From Pasteurella multocida (GTDB lineage Bacteria; Pseudomonadota; Gammaproteobacteria; Enterobacterales; Pasteurellaceae), in contig NZ_LT906458.1 in the NCBI RefSeq assembly GCF_900187275.1, forward strand, positions 1,410,001 to 1,442,000: a stretch of DNA of 32,000 bases, read 5' to 3'. Of this stretch, positions 29,237 to 32,000 are shown in pieces. The notes under the pieces were generated by a model, which saw nothing but the letters and a program-made list of their open reading frames with translations, ran no database searches and was not told the origin of the DNA. Within the stretch, counting starts at the first letter, position 1, and each line of letters starts with the position of its first letter. Position numbers and translations under genes: made by a program.

Positions 29237-29884
29237 ATGAAAATAAGTAGCGTGATTTTTGATATGGACGGTGTCATGATTGACTCTGAACCACACTGGG
29301 CAAAAGCACAAATTCATGCCTTAGCAAACGTTGATATTCACATTACTATACAAACCTGTGAACAATTAACAGGTGGTAAACGTATTGACGAAATGGCGAG
29401 TATTTGAATCCAACATTTTAATTTACCAACTACCACACAAAGATTAGCGGATACGATTTTAAATCATGCGTATCACGCTATTTTGCAAGAAGGCAAGCCG
29501 ATGTTGGGATTATATGAATTACTGCATTTCCTGAAAGCAAGACATATCAAAATGGCAGTCGCTACCTCATCTTTCCCCAAAATAATTCAGGCAGTATTTG
29601 ATAAATTAAAATTATGGGGTTACTTTATACTACAATGTAGTGCAGATGATGAGCAATTCGGTAAACCACATCCCGCGGTATACTTGAAAACAATCCAAAA
29701 ATTAGGTATTTCATCCAAGGAATGTCTTGTCATTGAAGACAGTGTTGTCGGTCTGATTGCTGCGAAAGCAGCAAATTTACGTACATTTATTGTGAATACT
29801 CATTACCAAAATGCTCAGTTTGCTATTGCAGATGCACGATTACCCACACGACTAGATGTGATCAAAAAACTGGAAGACGATTAG
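29237..29884 (+). pseudogene. HAD-superfamily sugar/hexitol phosphatase (HxpB/YniC-like) interrupted by an in-frame TGA at codon 57
   Basis: The frame from ATG 29237 reads MKISSVIFDMDGVMIDSEPHW...GGKRIDEMASI*IQHF...ATSS...GKPHP...IEDSVVG. The stop TGA is at 29405-29407. It aligns with the Trp of E. coli YniC '...RIDMVVDLWYA...' as recalled, so TGG->TGA is the simplest change. The track shows only the 3' fragment (29483-29884), which lacks the catalytic DxDG motif. Confidence 0.8.
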
Positions 29885-29928
29885 CAAGATAACACAAAAA
29901 TATGCTTGCTAAGATATAGGAACAAAAC

Positions 29929-30693
29929 ATGAAACCTTTTGAAAGACAGCAGCATATTTTTAATTATTTAATGACAAATGGAAAAACCAAAGTCGATGAA
30001 TTAGCGAGTCATTTTCATCTCACTGGTGCAACAATTCGTAAAGATCTCACTGCGTTGGAAAAACAAAATAAAGTCTTAAGAACCTATGGTAGTGTCGTCG
30101 TTACCCAAAAAGATCTTGAACAAGACCCGCCTATTGATTTTAAAACCAATGTCAACCTCAGCCAAAAACAACGAATTGGAAAAAAAGCCGCCACCCTCAT
30201 CAACGAAGGAGATTCTATTATCTTTGATGCCGGCAGTACTGTCCTACAAATTATCCCCAATTTAACCACATTTGATAACTTGTCTATCATGACAAATAGC
30301 TTAACGATCTTTAATGCTGTTCTACAACTCAATAAATCCTATAACTTATTAATGTCTGGCGGATCATTCCGTGAAAAATCAGCGTCGTTTCATGGTTATT
30401 TTGCAGAATCTGTTTTCATTGGTTCAACTTTTGATACGTTATTTATTGGTACTGATGGTCTTGATCTTGACGTTGGATTAACGACGTTTAATGAAGTTTA
30501 TCGCGTCAGTTCATTAATGTGTAACGCCGCCAAAAAAATCATTGTCCTTGCTGATTCAAGTAAATTTGGACGAAAAACGCCAAATATCGTCTGTGGCTTA
30601 GAAAAAATCCATACTATTGTTACTGATGATAAGTTACCGACAGAAATGAAAGACAAACTCATCGAAAAAGGTATTGAGGTTTTAATTGTTTAG
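29929..30693 (+). CDS. srlR: DeoR-family transcriptional repressor of the glucitol operon (SrlR/GutR)
   Basis: 254 aa with an N-terminal DeoR-type wHTH (ERQQHIFNYLMTNGKTKVDELASHFHLTGATIRKDL) and a C-terminal sugar-phosphate-binding DeoRC domain. Located in the gut operon. Confidence 0.88.
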   Translation: MKPFERQQHIFNYLMTNGKTKVDELASHFHLTGATIRKDLTALEKQNKVLRTYGSVVVTQKDLEQDPPIDFKTNVNLSQKQRIGKKAATLINEGDSIIFDAGSTVLQIIPNLTTFDNLSIMTNSLTIFNAVLQLNKSYNLLMSGGSFREKSASFHGYFAESVFIGSTFDTLFIGTDGLDLDVGLTTFNEVYRVSSLMCNAAKKIIVLADSSKFGRKTPNIVCGLEKIHTIVTDDKLPTEMKDKLIEKGIEVLIV

Positions 30694-30940
30694 TTTAGCT
30701 TAGCTAAACCTTTATCACAGGCATGTGTGATAACACGCGTCTTACTCAAGACGTGCTCAAACATCTCACTTATGCAATAAAAAGTGGTATTTCATATACA
30801 TGATAGAAAATACAGGATAAAAATACCCCTTCACGTAATAACACAGAGTCAGAAACCAAAAAGAACAATAAAAATAGCTTTTTATACTTATACCTTTCTA
30901 AAAATCCTCCACAAAAACAAATTAAACACCAAAATTTTAT

Positions 30941-30968
30941 TTGACAGCCTTATATTAATCGGTAATAT
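30941..30968 (+). promoter_or_regulatory. Sigma70 promoter of the leu operon
   Basis: TTGACA (30941-30946), 16-bp spacer, TAATAT (30963-30968). About 40 nt upstream of the leader-peptide ATG. Confidence 0.65.
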
Positions 30969-31007
30969 GAAAACCGTTACAGTTTCAAAACAAGGATTTT
31001 TTTACTT

Positions 31008-31067
31008 ATGTTTACCATGTGTTCTTTATCTCTCAACCTTCTGCTCACACAGTCATTGTGCGGCTAG
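31008..31067 (+). CDS. leuL: leu operon leader peptide (19 aa: MFTMCSLSLNLLLTQSLCG)
   Basis: Small ORF between the promoter and the attenuator hairpin, with 6 Leu in 19 residues (core LSLNLLL). AAGGA lies 11 nt upstream. The stop codon is 4 nt past the segment that can pair with the terminator's 5' arm. It is absent from the ORF track because it is too short. Confidence 0.65.
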   Translation: MFTMCSLSLNLLLTQSLCG

Positions 31068-31103
31068 GTTGTGGATAAAAAACAGTAAAATATCCCACAA
31101 ATT

Positions 31104-31135
31104 AGACCCGCACATGTAAGCGGGTCTTTTTTTTA
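31104..31135 (+). terminator. leu attenuator (rho-independent terminator upstream of leuA)
   Basis: agacccgc (31104-31111) - acatgtaa - gcgggtct (31120-31127) followed by T8. It lies 73 nt upstream of the leuA ATG. Competing pairing is tgtgcgg (31057-31063) with ccgcaca (31108-31114). Confidence 0.8.
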
Positions 31136-31207
31136 TGAAAACGAAAAAAGACGACTGTACTTAAATACTCGAAATAGCACAACACGAACAACAATAAGGA
31201 TCCTAAT

Positions 31208-32000
31208 ATGGCAGACAATATCATTATTTTTGACACCACATTACGTGATGGCGAACAGGCATTAAAAGCCAGCTTAACGGTAAAAGAAAAATTACAAATT
31301 GCCTTCGCCTTGGAACGTTTAGGCGTGGATGTCATGGAAGTGGGGTTCCCCATTTCGTCTGCTGGGGATTTTGAATCGGTGCAAACCATTGCCCGCCATA
31401 TTAAGAATAGCCGCGTTTGTGCTTTATCTCGCGCTGTGGATAAAGATATTGATGCTGCAGCAGAAGCGTTGAAAGTAGCGGAGGCATTCCGTATTCACAC
31501 GTTTATTGCCACGTCTGCTTTACATGTGGAAGCCAAATTACGTCGTACCTTTGAAGATGTGGTCGATATGGCGATCAATGCCGTGAAACGCGCGAGAAAC
31601 TACACCGATGATGTGGAGTTTTCTTGTGAAGATGCAGGGCGTACTGGTGTGGATAATATCTGCCGTATTGTAGAAGCCGCAATTAAAGCCGGTGCCACGA
31701 CTGTCAATATTCCCGATACTGTCGGCTACTGTTTGCCATATCAATACGGCGATATTATTGCGAATGTGATGAATCGTGTACCAAACATTGATAAAGCGAT
31801 TATTTCTGTGCATTGCCACAATGATTTAGGGATGGCAACTGCCAATTCATTAACAGCGGTTCAAAATGGCGCACGACAAATTGAATGTACTATTAACGGG
31901 ATCGGTGAACGTGCCGGTAATACCGCATTAGAAGAAGTAGTGATGGCAATTAAAACACGCCAAGATATGTTCAATGGTTTAGATACTCGCATTAACACAC
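31208..32000 (+). CDS. leuA: 2-isopropylmalate synthase, N-terminal part (continues beyond the window end)
   Basis: Missing from the ORF track because it is open at the edge. [23 protein letters not shown]...[14 protein letters not shown]...[14 protein letters not shown]...[10 protein letters not shown] are canonical LeuA motifs. Confidence 0.95.
   Translation, partial: MADNIIIFDTTLRDGEQALKASLTVKEKLQIAFALERLGVDVMEVGFPISSAGDFESVQTIARHIKNSRVCALSRAVDKDIDAAAEALKVAEAFRIHTFIATSALHVEAKLRRTFEDVVDMAINAVKRARNYTDDVEFSCEDAGRTGVDNICRIVEAAIKAGATTVNIPDTVGYCLPYQYGDIIANVMNRVPNIDKAIISVHCHNDLGMATANSLTAVQNGARQIECTINGIGERAGNTALEEVVMAIKTRQDMFNGLDTRINT

Noticed and set aside
29405-29407. The in-frame TGA in the HAD phosphatase as a selenocysteine or other programmed recoding site.
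   Set aside because: The position corresponds to a conserved Trp rather than to a Cys or redox site. I see no SECIS-like hairpin immediately downstream. HAD phosphatases are not selenoproteins. A nonsense mutation or sequencing error is far more likely.
30784-31119. A 111-aa ORF upstream of leuA.
   Set aside because: It runs across the leu promoter, the leader-peptide ORF (in another frame) and the attenuator hairpin. It starts at GTG/ATG without an SD and has AT-rich junk composition. The regulatory interpretation explains the region better.
31102-31819. ORFs of 95 aa and 93 aa antisense to leuA.
   Set aside because: They lie inside the clear leuA reading frame, which is absent from the track only because it is open-ended. 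They are antisense artefacts.
1-32000. A search for a novel defence or mobile system: CRISPR repeats, retron- or DGR-like reverse transcriptases, toxin-antitoxin pairs, restriction-modification, Abi/CBASS/Gabija-type genes, integrases, tRNA-linked islands.
   Set aside because: Every ORF over about 120 aa has a confident housekeeping, transport or catabolic assignment. There are no arrays of spaced direct repeats, no tRNA/tmRNA genes, and no integrase or recombinase other than the IS200 TnpA. I therefore make no claim of a new system here. The remaining unassigned sequence consists of short spacers, which are discussed in the findings.

Overview
This window looks like a Pasteurellaceae chromosome segment. 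By eye I found at least 12 exact copies of the Hin-type uptake signal sequence core AAGTGCGGT/ACCGCACTT, against about 0.24 expected by chance (2 x 32,000 positions / 4^9). Species cannot be assigned from the sequence alone. Most of the window is conserved housekeeping sequence.

Gene content:
- Minus strand, 1-9449: bamA (5' part) <- rseP <- cdsA <- uppS <- dxr <- [IS200-like insertion carrying tnpA] <- frr <- pyrH <- tsf <- rpsB.
- Plus strand, 9708-15947, divergent from rpsB: a four-gene tripartite ABC-type efflux operon. It encodes a HlyD-family adaptor, an RbbA-like protein with two ATPase domains fused to a permease, an ABC-2 permease, and a NodT-type outer-membrane lipoprotein.
- Minus strand, 16020-23865: the proteostasis block ppiD <- lon <- clpX <- clpP <- tig.
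- 24078-25520: kbp/ygaU-like (BON+LysM) and ypfJ-like (zinc metalloprotease), divergently arranged.
- 25845-30693: a glucitol/sorbitol PTS operon, srlA-srlE-srlB-srlD-gutM-[HAD phosphatase with an in-frame TGA]-srlR.
- 30941-32000: a leu-operon promoter, leader peptide and attenuator, then the 5' part of leuA running off the window.

I found no CRISPR array, no defence-island-like gene set, no toxin-antitoxin pair, no prophage genes and no other convincing candidate for a new system.

Items most worth a second look:
1. The structured IS200-like element sitting between frr and the essential dxr-uppS-cdsA-rseP-bamA genes.
2. The HxpB-like hexitol-phosphatase gene inside the sorbitol operon, broken by a single TGA at a conserved Trp position.
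3. The sorbitol control region, which has a near-consensus CRP site, an 11-bp perfect palindrome and a GATC cluster.
4. The uncharacterised RbbA-type efflux operon that carries its own outer-membrane factor.
5. A leu attenuator whose leader peptide has interrupted rather than consecutive Leu codons.

All functional calls rest on motifs and on remembered similarity to E. coli and Haemophilus proteins. No database search was run.
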